Source of the DNA: an uncultured Alphaproteobacteria bacterium
Lineage (GTDB): Bacteria; Pseudomonadota; Alphaproteobacteria; Micropepsales; Micropepsaceae
Assembly: GCA_963741735.1 (NCBI GenBank)
Contig: CAVUJB010000004.1
Location: 167,684-231,683, forward strand
DNA: 64,000 nucleotides
Reading direction: 5' to 3'
Positions 28,434 to 37,746 of this stretch are shown piece by piece. The notes below the pieces were generated by a model. The model did not search any database, was not told the DNA's origin, and was given only the letters and a program-made list of their open reading frames with translations. Position 1 is the first letter of the stretch. Every line of letters starts with the position of its first letter. The translations under genes were made by a program, and so were the position numbers.

Positions 28434-30263
28434 TCAGCCGAACTGCAATCCCGTCATGTCGCCTTGCGCGCGCCATTTGCGCACCAGGTCAAAGAATGCA
28501 ATTGAGCCGCCGCCGAATTGCTCATCTGCCAGTCCGTTACCGTCGCCCGGACGGCCCTCGTTGTTGTAGTAGCCGGGTGTGCAGGCTTCCAGGAATTCGC
28601 GATTTGGAAGGGCCTTGTTTCGAATGGTCGATACCCATTCGGCCTCCGCTTCCGCGGTCGGCTCGAGACAGTGCGCCTGGCGGGCCTTGGTGCGTTGAAT
28701 GAGTTCAGCCACATGCACGGCCTGCTCGTCCAACATGTGCGGGAAATTTGGCGTGATCGTGCCTTGGGTGATGCCGAGGTGAAAGCAGTTCGGAAAATTG
28801 TGACTGTAGAAGCCGTGAAGCGTCTTTAGCCCATGGTTCCAATGTTCGGACAGCGAGATACCGCCACGACCAAATATCTCAAACCCGGCCCGCCGCGTAT
28901 ACGCCGTTCCGACTTCAAATCCTGTCGCGAAGATGATGCAATCGACCGGGTATTCGACGCCGTCGAAGACCAATCCTCTTTCCGTGATGCGATCTACGCC
29001 GCGCCCCATCGTGTCTACGAGGGTCACGTTCGAACGGTTGAACGTCGGCAGATAGTCGTCATTGAATGTCGGCCGCTTGCAGAATTGCCTGTACCAGGGC
29101 TTTAAGGCTTCCGCCGTCTTCTTGTCCCGCACCGTCGAGTCAACGCGCGCCCGGATCTGATTCATCTTCTTGAAGTCGGCAAGCTCCATCACCTTTGCGA
29201 CGTCTTCCAGCGACACATTTGCGTCTGTTTGTCTTGGCATAAAAGCAGCCAGATTGCGGATGATGTCGGTCCACCCGTCGCTGACCAAGTCCTCCTGTTG
29301 GGGTACGCCCGAGACGAGGGCATTGAAGTTTTCCATCCGCTCCTTGTGCCAGCCAGGCTTCAGGGATTTCGTCCACTCGGGATCGGTTGGTCGATTGCCG
29401 CGCATGTCGACAGACGAGGGCGTGCGTTGGAAAACATAGAGGTGCGCCGCGTGCTTCCCGAGATGCGGAACGCATTGAATTGCGGTCGCGCCGGTTCCAA
29501 TGATGGCCACACGCTTGTCGCCGAGCTTGTCGAGGTTTCCAGTCGTATTTCCACCGGTGTAATCATAGTCCCAGCGGCTGGTGTGGAAGGTGTGGCCCTC
29601 AAAGCTGTCGATCCCCGGAATAGCAGGCAGCTTTGGTCTGTTTAGCGGTCCATTCGACATAATGACAAACCGCGCGCGCATGCGATCGTCGCGGTTTGTC
29701 GTGATGAGCCACTTCTTCTCGTCCTCGAGCCAGCGCAGCTCGTTGATTTCCGTCTGGAAGCAAGCATCCCGGTACAGGTCGTAATGCTCGCCAATCCGCC
29801 TTGCGTGCGCGCGAATCTCAGGCCCGAACGAATATTTCTCCTTGGGAATGTAATTCGTTTCTTCCAGCAACGGCAGGTAGATGTAGGACTCGATATCGCA
29901 TTGCGCGCCGGGATATCGATTCCAATACCAAGTTCCGCCGAAGTCGCCGCCCTTTTCGATGATCCGAATATCTTGAAATCCTGCCTCTCTGAGACGCGCG
30001 CCTGCAATGAGCCCGCCGAAGCCACCGCCGATGACGACGACTTCGACCTCATCGCGCTTGGGGTCGCGACTGAAGTCTGGCGCAACATAGGGATCGTCGA
30101 CGTACCGGCTGAAGTCGCCCTTTACTTCCACATATTGCTTGTTGCCGTCCGACCGAAGTCTCTTGTCACGCTCTTGGCGGTACTTGTCGCGCAATGCATC
30201 GGGATCGAATCCCAGGTCGAGACGCTGTTCGTTGGCCGATAGGGGTTCATTCGCGAGACTCAT
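28434..30263 (-). CDS. type I Baeyer-Villiger monooxygenase (flavin/NADPH-dependent)
   Basis: BVMO fingerprint FxGxxxHxxxW[P/D] is present as FEGHTFHTSRWD. Two Rossmann motifs: VVIGGGFGGL (FAD) and IIGTGATAIQ (NADPH). 609 aa. Confidence 0.88.
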   Translation of the reverse strand: MSLANEPLSANEQRLDLGFDPDALRDKYRQERDKRLRSDGNKQYVEVKGDFSRYVDDPYVAPDFSRDPKRDEVEVVVIGGGFGGLIAGARLREAGFQDIRIIEKGGDFGGTWYWNRYPGAQCDIESYIYLPLLEETNYIPKEKYSFGPEIRAHARRIGEHYDLYRDACFQTEINELRWLEDEKKWLITTNRDDRMRARFVIMSNGPLNRPKLPAIPGIDSFEGHTFHTSRWDYDYTGGNTTGNLDKLGDKRVAIIGTGATAIQCVPHLGKHAAHLYVFQRTPSSVDMRGNRPTDPEWTKSLKPGWHKERMENFNALVSGVPQQEDLVSDGWTDIIRNLAAFMPRQTDANVSLEDVAKVMELADFKKMNQIRARVDSTVRDKKTAEALKPWYRQFCKRPTFNDDYLPTFNRSNVTLVDTMGRGVDRITERGLVFDGVEYPVDCIIFATGFEVGTAYTRRAGFEIFGRGGISLSEHWNHGLKTLHGFYSHNFPNCFHLGITQGTITPNFPHMLDEQAVHVAELIQRTKARQAHCLEPTAEAEAEWVSTIRNKALPNREFLEACTPGYYNNEGRPGDGNGLADEQFGGGSIAFFDLVRKWRAQGDMTGLQFG

Positions 30264-30357
30264 GGCGCTTACCTCTTCCTCTGTTCCGGATTTCGCTTAA
30301 TCCATGTCTTTAACTTGTTCGTTCTCCTGGTGGCGCAGAACGCGTCCCTTTGCGGTA

Positions 30358-31581
30358 TCAGACACGCAAGCCATAGATCGCGAGTGTAGCCAGCTCATCC
30401 GCGACCCGCGCGCGTTCCTCCAGCGACATGACTTTCAGGTTCGACACCCAAGAAAATACTCCCGGCAAACCGGACAAGATCTGATCGTGAGGCAGACGTC
30501 GAATGCTGCGCTCGGCCTCGCCCGCGATCAGTATCCGCTCGTAACCGTTGAATAGGCGCCGGGCGTAAGCGGTCGCCTTCTTGCGCCCGGCGGGGCCAAG
30601 CTGCCCAAAGCCGACATACGGCACGAGCACGGCACTCTTGGGATCATTGGTGATTTCAATCACGTCTCGGAGCGCGCCATACATCGCGTCCAGCCGCGAG
30701 CAGCTCGAATGCTCCGCAACATCCATAACGTTCAGGTAGAACCCATAGGCACGATCGACGCTGGCCTCGACCACGGCGTGCTTTTGGCCAATGAGGTGAT
30801 AGATGGCGCGCTTATTGAGATCGAGAACCGCGGCAATATCCTCGACGCGAGTCGCACCAACGCCCTTTCTGTTGAACAGGCCGGAGGCAGCTACAAGAAT
30901 TGCCTCGCGCTTGGCGCTCTCCAGCGAGCGGCGATCAAAGGGGTCGATGTTCGAGGCTCTCGGCCGAGCGAAGCATTCTGGCTTTTTCAGTGGGATGTTG
31001 TGGTTGAACGCGATACCGCGGAAGAGGATTTCCTCCATCCCGGCTGTACTCAGGACGAGGTTTGCCTTGGCGCCCCAGCGGCGTTCCAGCACAGTCCAAT
31101 TGGCCATTCCAACGATTGCATTTGACACGATGATCGGGTCGACGCGTCTAAACTTGCCGCTATCAATTCCGCGTTTTACGATTGTTGAGATCCTCGACAC
31201 GATCTGATCGCGCCGATCGCGAATGACATTCTGCTTTTCCAGCGCCAGCGCATCGATCTCGCAAAGAACGGCGGCTTCTGGACCTGCGCCGGAATTGGTC
31301 AGACTGAGAAACGTGCTGATCGTGGCTTCGGGGCCGCGCGAACGCGTCGCGCGGTCCAACGCTGTTTCAAGCATTTCGCAGGTGCGAATGTAACACTTGT
31401 ATTGGAGTTCTCCGCGCTCGCGGACGTAGTTGTAGAGCGCGGGCCTGGTGATTCCGAGGTCGGCTGCAATTTCGCCAAACCACTCCATCGAGACGCCCAT
31501 CGTATTCAAATGGGCGGACGCGACGGTGATCAGGTCTTCGGTGCGCTTTCGCGCCTCCACATTGGCTTGAACCAGGCCCAA
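30358..31581 (-). CDS. tandem (double) TetR/AcrR-family transcriptional regulator
   Basis: 407 aa with two TetR HTH modules: MEWFGEIAADLGITRPALYNYV (N-terminal) and ATRVEDIAAVLDLNKRAIYHLIGQK (around residue 240). Each is followed by a helical ligand-domain-sized region. Confidence 0.8.
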   Translation of the reverse strand: MGLVQANVEARKRTEDLITVASAHLNTMGVSMEWFGEIAADLGITRPALYNYVRERGELQYKCYIRTCEMLETALDRATRSRGPEATISTFLSLTNSGAGPEAAVLCEIDALALEKQNVIRDRRDQIVSRISTIVKRGIDSGKFRRVDPIIVSNAIVGMANWTVLERRWGAKANLVLSTAGMEEILFRGIAFNHNIPLKKPECFARPRASNIDPFDRRSLESAKREAILVAASGLFNRKGVGATRVEDIAAVLDLNKRAIYHLIGQKHAVVEASVDRAYGFYLNVMDVAEHSSCSRLDAMYGALRDVIEITNDPKSAVLVPYVGFGQLGPAGRKKATAYARRLFNGYERILIAGEAERSIRRLPHDQILSGLPGVFSWVSNLKVMSLEERARVADELATLAIYGLRV

Positions 31582-31727
31582 GAAACTTGCCCTTCGAATT
31601 CGACCGATGGCTCTCCAGCCATCGATACACCATTACGCTTGACAAGCATATAACGTTTGGATGAACTTCTGCACCAAAACGTCAGACGCGGGCCGCACGA
31701 TCTTCGGCGACGCTATCGGGGGGAAAC

Positions 31728-33921
31728 ATGGCATTGGTTCGAAGCGCACTGCTGTCGGTGTCGACGCTCGCCGCATTTGCGGTGGGAGCGCCGGCTCTAG
31801 CTCAGGGCCAAACACCTGCCTCGCAGATCGAGACGGTCGTCGTCACCGCCGAGAAGCGCTTGGAAACGGTTCAGAGCGTGCCGGCGGCGATATCGGCAGT
31901 ATCGGGGGACCAGCTCCGAGCGCGAGGCATCGATACCGTCAACGAATTGCAATTCGCCGTGCCCAGTCTCCACGCCGGCACGTTAACCGGGTCCACGGGC
32001 CTGACCATTCGCGGCGTTGGTGCGACCAGCGTAGGCTCGTCGGGAACTGCCGGCGTCGCCGTGAACATCGATGGCGTATATCAACCGGAAACAAGCACCG
32101 TTGATCTTGCCCAAGTAGATCTTGAGCGGGTCGAAGTGCTCAGGGGTCCCCAGGGTACGCTCTACGGCCGCAACGCAACCGGCGGCGCAGTCAATTTCAT
32201 TACAAAGGCGCCAACCGATAGCTTTGAGGCCGTCGCATTGGCGGGCTTCGCGACTTACAACGAATATCACCTCCAGGGAATCGTGAACGAACCGCTGTTC
32301 GACGACCATGTTCGTACGCGGCTGGTAGTCGACTACCGGGACCGTGAAGACGGCTTCGTGAAGAACATCGTTCCTGGAGGAAAGGATCTCGCGAAGGGCC
32401 AAGATCTGTCGGGGAGATTCCGACTGGCTGCCGATATCGCGGACAATCTGACCTTCGATCTTGGGGTGACGGCGTTCCACAGCACCGGACCTTGGCAATA
32501 TTTGACCAACTACGGTCCGCCCGTGCCGCTGGCCTTTGTCATCAATCCATTTCTCGCCGGTGCAACCTTCGTTGCTGCTCCGCGCAAGACCAATGACAAT
32601 GATCCGGTTGGCGGAAGCCGCGACTATCAGAGCATCAGCGGCACCTTCACCTGGCAGCTTCCGTTTGCGACGTTGAAATCGATCAGCGCCTACCAGAGCT
32701 ATCTCTACACCTACGCAAACGACGGCGATGGTACAAACCTGAGCGTAGCGCCTTACACGGGCAAGAACTCGAATCGTACCTTCACGCAGGAGTTCGATCT
32801 GTCTGGTCAGACCGATCGGCTGGATTGGGTCTTGGGGGCCTTCTATCTCACCGAGCAGGATTCCAATCGGCTGGGCTATATCTTCGATTACGGACTTTCG
32901 GGGCTTCCGCCAAGCAGCTACCTCGACTTCCTGGAGCCGGGATACGGCACGAACTCCTACGCAGGTTTCGCCGACGTCACGTACCACATTACCGACGACC
33001 TAAAATTGATCGGCGGTCTGCGTTATTCCGAAGACTATCAGACTGCCACCTACGGTAACTTCTTTGGCGTGATCGTCGGCGGTACGAAGATCCCGATCGC
33101 ACCGTTCTGTCCCACCGAAACGGACAACATCAAATCGAGCTCGTTCACTCCGCGCGTCGGCTTTCAGTACAATATCGATCCCTCGATGATGATCTACTTC
33201 ACCTACTCGAAAGGATACAAAGCGGGCGGCGCGAACATCTATTCCTGCCACGACGACTACACACCAGAGAAGATCACGTCTTACGAGGTTGGCTACAAGA
33301 GCCAGTGGTTGGACAACACCCTGACGCTCAACGCATCAGCCTTCCACTATGATTACTCGGATTTCCAGGTCAGCCAGATCGTGGGCTTATCGCTCGACGT
33401 CACGAATGCTGCTGGCGCACAGGTTGATGGACTGGAGCTCGAAAGTGCGTGGTCACCAGACAACCATTGGTCCCTCAACGCCAATCTTTCCTACATCAAC
33501 GCCTACTACACGAACTTCTTCAATACGGACGGACTGAACTCTGCGGCCGGCTTGCAGAATCTTCAGGGCAATCTGCTCAACGACTCGCCGCGAGTGTCTG
33601 CCAATGCCGGTATCGCATATAGCACCGACCCCTTCACCTGGGGCCATCTCACAGCGATCGTGAACGCAAGCTACCGCTCACGGACCTATTTCCGTGAATT
33701 CAATGCGCTGCGGGACTTCTCAAGAGCCGTACGGACTGCTCAATCTGAATCTGCTCTGGGACAGTCCCGACGGCAAGTACAGCGGCCGTATCTATGCGAA
33801 CAACCTGCTCAACCAATCGTACATTCAGGCGATGGGAGACTCGACGAGCATCGGCACGCGATACGTTACATGGGGCACGCCTCAGCAGATCGGCTTCGAA
33901 CTAAGAGTTCAGTTCGAGTAA
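31728..33921 (+). pseudogene. TonB-dependent outer-membrane receptor, frameshifted near the 3' end (or 1-nt assembly error)
   Basis: Signal peptide, then plug (ETVVVTAEKRLETVQSVPAAISAVSGDQL...VEVLRGPQGTLYGRNATGGAVN) and barrel. Frame 0 loses TBDR character after ..YFREFNALRD. Frame +1 carries the expected last strands (SQEPYGLLNLNLLWDSPDGKYSGRIYANNLLNQSY...GTPQQIGFELRVQFE*). Removing one T at about 33717-33718 joins them. Span length is 3n+1. Confidence 0.8.
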
Positions 33922-34014
33922 GGACATGCTGAGGGCGATAGTCGACTCAGACCCGCGGCGTAGTCTCCAAGTAGGATCGGGAGCTCCACTTTCGAACGCG
34001 CTTGAGGCATCCCA

Positions 34015-35220
34015 ATGTCGGTGAGCAATTCAGAAATTAGCACATTCCAGCGCGTTCTTTCGCACGAGCATCGCGCCAACCCCTATCCGCTATATGAGTT
34101 GCTACGCGCCGAGCCAATTCGGCAGGAATCAGACGGAAGCTTCGTCGTCAGCACTTACGATACGGTTTCGACGCTTCTTAAGGAGCCGCGACTGAGTTCG
34201 GATCCCGAACATTCCAACCGGGGTGGCACTAAGCTCAGCATCCTCAATATGGATCCACCCGAGCATGATCGCATTCGTCGGATCGTGATGCGGTGCCTTC
34301 TGCCGCCAGGAAGTCACGGGGGCTTTGGCGCCTTGGCGCCGAATCTGCGCGCGATCGTGACGGACTTAATCGACGGTCTGGCAGGACGAAGCGAGATCGA
34401 TGTCGTCGCCGATATCGCCTATCCATTTCCCGTCACCGTCGTCACTGACCTCCTGGGAGTTCCCAGATCCGACGAGCCAAAGTTCAGAATTTGGGCCGAC
34501 GCGATCGTTCAAGCAACAGATCGTGATCCTCGCGAGGTTGGCGTTACCTCGCCCGGCGCCCAACGCGCAGTGGCCGAGCTTGGCGGTTACCTCTTTGGCC
34601 TGATCGAAGCGCGCCGCGCCGCGCCAAAAAACGATTTGATATCTCGTCTCGTCCACTATTCGGGGGACGAAGGCACGATCGCTGCTCCCGACATGACGGC
34701 CCTCGCAATTTTGCTGCTTCTGGCTGGCCACGAAACGACCGTGAATCTCATTTCCAACGGCATGCTAACGCTGTTGCGGAACCCCGACCTGTTCACGCTT
34801 CTTGAGACGAAACCGGAATTGGCACCGATGTTCGTCGAAGAAGTCCTGCGATATGAACCGCCGGTTCACTTCACATTTCGGACGGCGACTGACGACATAC
34901 AGATCAATGAGACCCATATCCCGAAGGGCTCGACTGTGTACCTTCTTCTGGCGGCCGCAAATCGCGACGGGCAGCGGTTTAGCGATCCCGATTCCTTTGT
35001 CGTGAAGCGCCCCGACAACAGGCATCTCGCGTTCGGGGCGGGCATCCACAACTGTCTTGGTGCACCGCTTGCACGCCTGGAGGGTCAAATCGCGCTGCAA
35101 GAGCTGGCGCGACGACTGCGAGAGCCTCGATCGCTTCAAGATCCGCCACCCTATCGTGTCAATCCCTCGCTGCGCGGTCCAAAGCAGCTCTTGGTCGCAA
35201 TCAATGGAATTGGTCGGTGA
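34015..35220 (+). CDS. cytochrome P450
   Basis: Haem-thiolate loop FGAGIHNCLGAPLA, I-helix AGHETT, ExxR (EEVLRYEPP). 401 aa. Confidence 0.92.
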   Translation: MSVSNSEISTFQRVLSHEHRANPYPLYELLRAEPIRQESDGSFVVSTYDTVSTLLKEPRLSSDPEHSNRGGTKLSILNMDPPEHDRIRRIVMRCLLPPGSHGGFGALAPNLRAIVTDLIDGLAGRSEIDVVADIAYPFPVTVVTDLLGVPRSDEPKFRIWADAIVQATDRDPREVGVTSPGAQRAVAELGGYLFGLIEARRAAPKNDLISRLVHYSGDEGTIAAPDMTALAILLLLAGHETTVNLISNGMLTLLRNPDLFTLLETKPELAPMFVEEVLRYEPPVHFTFRTATDDIQINETHIPKGSTVYLLLAAANRDGQRFSDPDSFVVKRPDNRHLAFGAGIHNCLGAPLARLEGQIALQELARRLREPRSLQDPPPYRVNPSLRGPKQLLVAINGIGR

Positions 35221-35248
35221 TCTTACGATTTGGTCCGCACCGACGGCT

Positions 35249-35273
35249 GCGGGCGGGAAGCGGTGCCGCCCGC
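35249..35273 (+). terminator. GC-rich hairpin downstream of the P450 gene (possible terminator)
   Basis: GCGGGCGG-gaagcggtg-CCGCCCGC, an 8-bp perfect stem, 29 nt after the P450 stop. No U-tract. Confidence 0.3.
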
Positions 35274-35510
35274 GCGGCACGAACACGCGTCCCTGTCATT
35301 GCGAAGCGGATTGGATTGTGCGCATAGCATTTGGGAGCAGAATTCTAAGCCTCCGCACGGCGACGAACGGTGACGATCTCTACACTGTCGTTCCGAATTC
35401 GCGCGTAAGCTAATTTGTCCTTGAGCATTCCCCTGGCTTGCGCCTTGGCGTCGGAATTACCGACTGCTTTCGCAGAGGAGCGCGCAAAGCACGGGAGTGA
35501 GACCGGCGCG

Positions 35511-36206
35511 TCAGACTGTGGCAAGACTTTCAGCTGCCAGCGCCATGCGCCCCCGCACGAAGCGGATCGTCCAGACCAGCAAGATCAAATTGACCGCCGT
35601 ATTCACGATGTTGTTGACGAGAAGATAGGTGGCCGGGGGCAGGGTGAATGCGAGACCCAACGACATGGAACCGAGCAGAGCAATCGCGCACGCCCAGACC
35701 ATCGTCGCTATGAAGAAAGTGCGCCCTCGATCCGCTTGATCGACGGCGGCGAATCGCGTCCGTCGTGCCAAGTCGTTGCCGGCCACGAATTGCCGTACCA
35801 TGAAGAACATAATCGGCCGACGAATGAGCGCCGACGCAAGAAACACTCCCGCGATCAGAAATCCCTGCGTGGAGCCGAGGATCAGGGCGAGTTTGACTTC
35901 GCCGGCCAGGAGAGTCGTGGCTACGCTATAGACAATTCCGAACAGAGCGAAGATCGCGATCGCGTCGACAACGCGCGTGCGGACCAATCCGACGATCAGC
36001 CCGATGACTGGAAATGCGCTGGCGTAGAGAAGCGGCATCACGCTGCCGGACGGAAAGTAGGGCACAAGGATCTTGTAGAGCGCGAACGGGAGAACGCCGT
36101 TTACAAGGATGCTGATGCCGACCGACCGCATCGCGGATTTGGGGTCGAACGCCTGGTCATGGCTGACAATCGCTTCTTCCGCGGCCGGCAGCAAAACTTC
36201 ACTCAT
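35511..36206 (-). CDS. polytopic inner-membrane protein (VC0807/DUF3159-like; uncertain)
   Basis: Start ATG 36206 (GGAGGAGAG upstream). About 6 hydrophobic helices (e.g. GISILVNGVLPFALYKILVPYF). Divergent from the TetR gene at 36338. Confidence 0.6.
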   Translation of the reverse strand: MSEVLLPAAEEAIVSHDQAFDPKSAMRSVGISILVNGVLPFALYKILVPYFPSGSVMPLLYASAFPVIGLIVGLVRTRVVDAIAIFALFGIVYSVATTLLAGEVKLALILGSTQGFLIAGVFLASALIRRPIMFFMVRQFVAGNDLARRTRFAAVDQADRGRTFFIATMVWACAIALLGSMSLGLAFTLPPATYLLVNNIVNTAVNLILLVWTIRFVRGRMALAAESLATV

Positions 36207-36337
36207 GCCGAACTCTCCTCCCGCAGCCATCGAGATATCAGGATTGCGCCGGCCGATATCAAGGCCCGTGGCAGTTCGGGGACCGCACAATGGCTCTGCA
36301 AGGTTCTTCTTGACTTGCCGGATCGGTCGAGTCAGTA

Positions 36338-36991
36338 ATGACCGACCAGTCGGTCACTAGATATGGCACGATCATTCGACCCAATGCCGCCAAGCGCGTC
36401 CAGATTGTGGAGGCCGCGGCGGCCCAGTTTGCCCGAGCGGGGTACGAAGCGACTCTCATGGACGATGTCGCGGCGGCGGCTGGCGTCAGCAAGGGATCGC
36501 TCTACGACTATTTCAAGAACAAGGAAGATCTCTTCTACGCGGTCTTCGAATGGTTCCAGGGACAACTGCTTCAAGCCAGCGTCGCCGAAGTGGCTCAGAG
36601 CGCGAACGCCCAGGACCGGATCATCGCCTTTACGCAGGCCGCGATCGGCGCGTTCGTGGGGCACATCGAATTCTATCCCGTCACATTGGAAGTTTGGGCG
36701 GCGGCCGCCAAGAAGGGAACTCGCAAGCGCTTCGCGGGCGCTATGCGATCGCTGTACGCCGATTATCGGCGCGAGGTTTCCGCACTGATCCGCGCGGCGC
36801 AAACGAGCGGCGAGATAAGGTCCGACGCCGACGCGGATATTCTGGCGTCGGTCCTGATCGGTGCGGTGGACGGCGTTCTTCTCCAGTACTGGCTCGATCC
36901 TTCGTTCGACGCCAAGGCCTGGGTGCGCGAATTCCTGTTGAATTTGTTCGAAGGGATCAGGACCCGCAAGGCGGGAAAGGCGGCCAAATGA
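36338..36991 (+). CDS. TetR/AcrR-family transcriptional regulator
   Basis: HTH FARAGYEATLMDDVAAAAGVSKGSLYDYFKNKEDLF. First gene of the six-gene plus-strand operon. Confidence 0.9.
   Translation: MTDQSVTRYGTIIRPNAAKRVQIVEAAAAQFARAGYEATLMDDVAAAAGVSKGSLYDYFKNKEDLFYAVFEWFQGQLLQASVAEVAQSANAQDRIIAFTQAAIGAFVGHIEFYPVTLEVWAAAAKKGTRKRFAGAMRSLYADYRREVSALIRAAQTSGEIRSDADADILASVLIGAVDGVLLQYWLDPSFDAKAWVREFLLNLFEGIRTRKAGKAAK
36340..36355. promoter_or_regulatory. perfect 7-2-7 inverted repeat overlapping the TetR start codon (candidate operator)
   Basis: GACCGAC-CA-GTCGGTC at 36340-36355, directly after ATG 36338. A related imperfect repeat, GGTCGAGTCA..TGACCGACC, lies just upstream. Confidence 0.3.
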
Positions 36992-37743
36992 GCATGAGAT
37001 ACTCCGCTATCGCGATCGGCCTTTTCTGCCTTGGTTTATCGCCGGCGCTGGCGGCACCCTCTGCGGATGCTCTACTCAGAGCAGCCTTCGACAATTGGCG
37101 TGCGAAGACATCCAACACCGAAGTGACCATGACGGTACACCGCTCCGATTGGGAGCGTTCGCTTCGCATGAAAGCGTGGACGCAAGGTGACGATGACGCG
37201 CTCGTGCGTTTCGTCGCGCCCGCGCAGGATGCCGGCAACGCCACACTGAAGCTGGGCGATGACACCTGGGTGTTCAATCCGAAGCTCAATCAGGTGATCC
37301 GGCTGCCTGCCAGTATGATGGCGCAATCCTGGATGGGCTCCGATTTTTCCTACGACGATCTTTCGAAGGCCAACGACGTTCTGACCAAATACACGCATCG
37401 GCTTGTCGGGACCGCGCAGGACGGCGGCCACGCGATCTACACGATCGAGGCAATTCCCAAGCCGGCGGCGCCTGTCGTGTGGGGGAAGCAGGTGATCAAG
37501 GTCCGCGACGATGGAGTCATGGTCGCGGAGACATTCTACGACCAGGACATGAAGCCCGTCCGTTCCATGACGACCGATGTGATCGCAATATTGGGCGGAC
37601 GGCCCTATCCGAAAGTCATGACCATGCGGCCGTCCGACGATCCCGGCAAATGGACCCGCATCGAAACGCTGTCGGGCGAATTTGACTCTTCCATACCAGG
37701 CTATCTCTTCACGCTTTCCAATCTGCAGAATCCCAGGAACTGA
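36988..37743 (+). CDS. LolA-like 'outer-membrane lipoprotein-sorting' family periplasmic protein
   Basis: ATG 36988 overlaps the TetR stop (ATGA). Signal MSMRYSAIAIGLFCLGLSPALA. The WMGSDFSYDDL motif and overall beta-rich pattern fit the LolA_like family. The 397-aa ORF in the track is an upstream extension. Confidence 0.75.
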   Translation: MSMRYSAIAIGLFCLGLSPALAAPSADALLRAAFDNWRAKTSNTEVTMTVHRSDWERSLRMKAWTQGDDDALVRFVAPAQDAGNATLKLGDDTWVFNPKLNQVIRLPASMMAQSWMGSDFSYDDLSKANDVLTKYTHRLVGTAQDGGHAIYTIEAIPKPAAPVVWGKQVIKVRDDGVMVAETFYDQDMKPVRSMTTDVIAILGGRPYPKVMTMRPSDDPGKWTRIETLSGEFDSSIPGYLFTLSNLQNPRN

Positions 37744-37746
37744 TCG

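Noticed and set aside
28225-28569. GTG-initiated ORF with a good signal peptide (VNPISLTLASLVVLAAASPAAA)
   Set aside because: Its last 135 nt overlap the 3' end of the convergent BVMO gene, and no domain is recognised. It could be a real small secreted protein with a different end, but I cannot support the boundaries.
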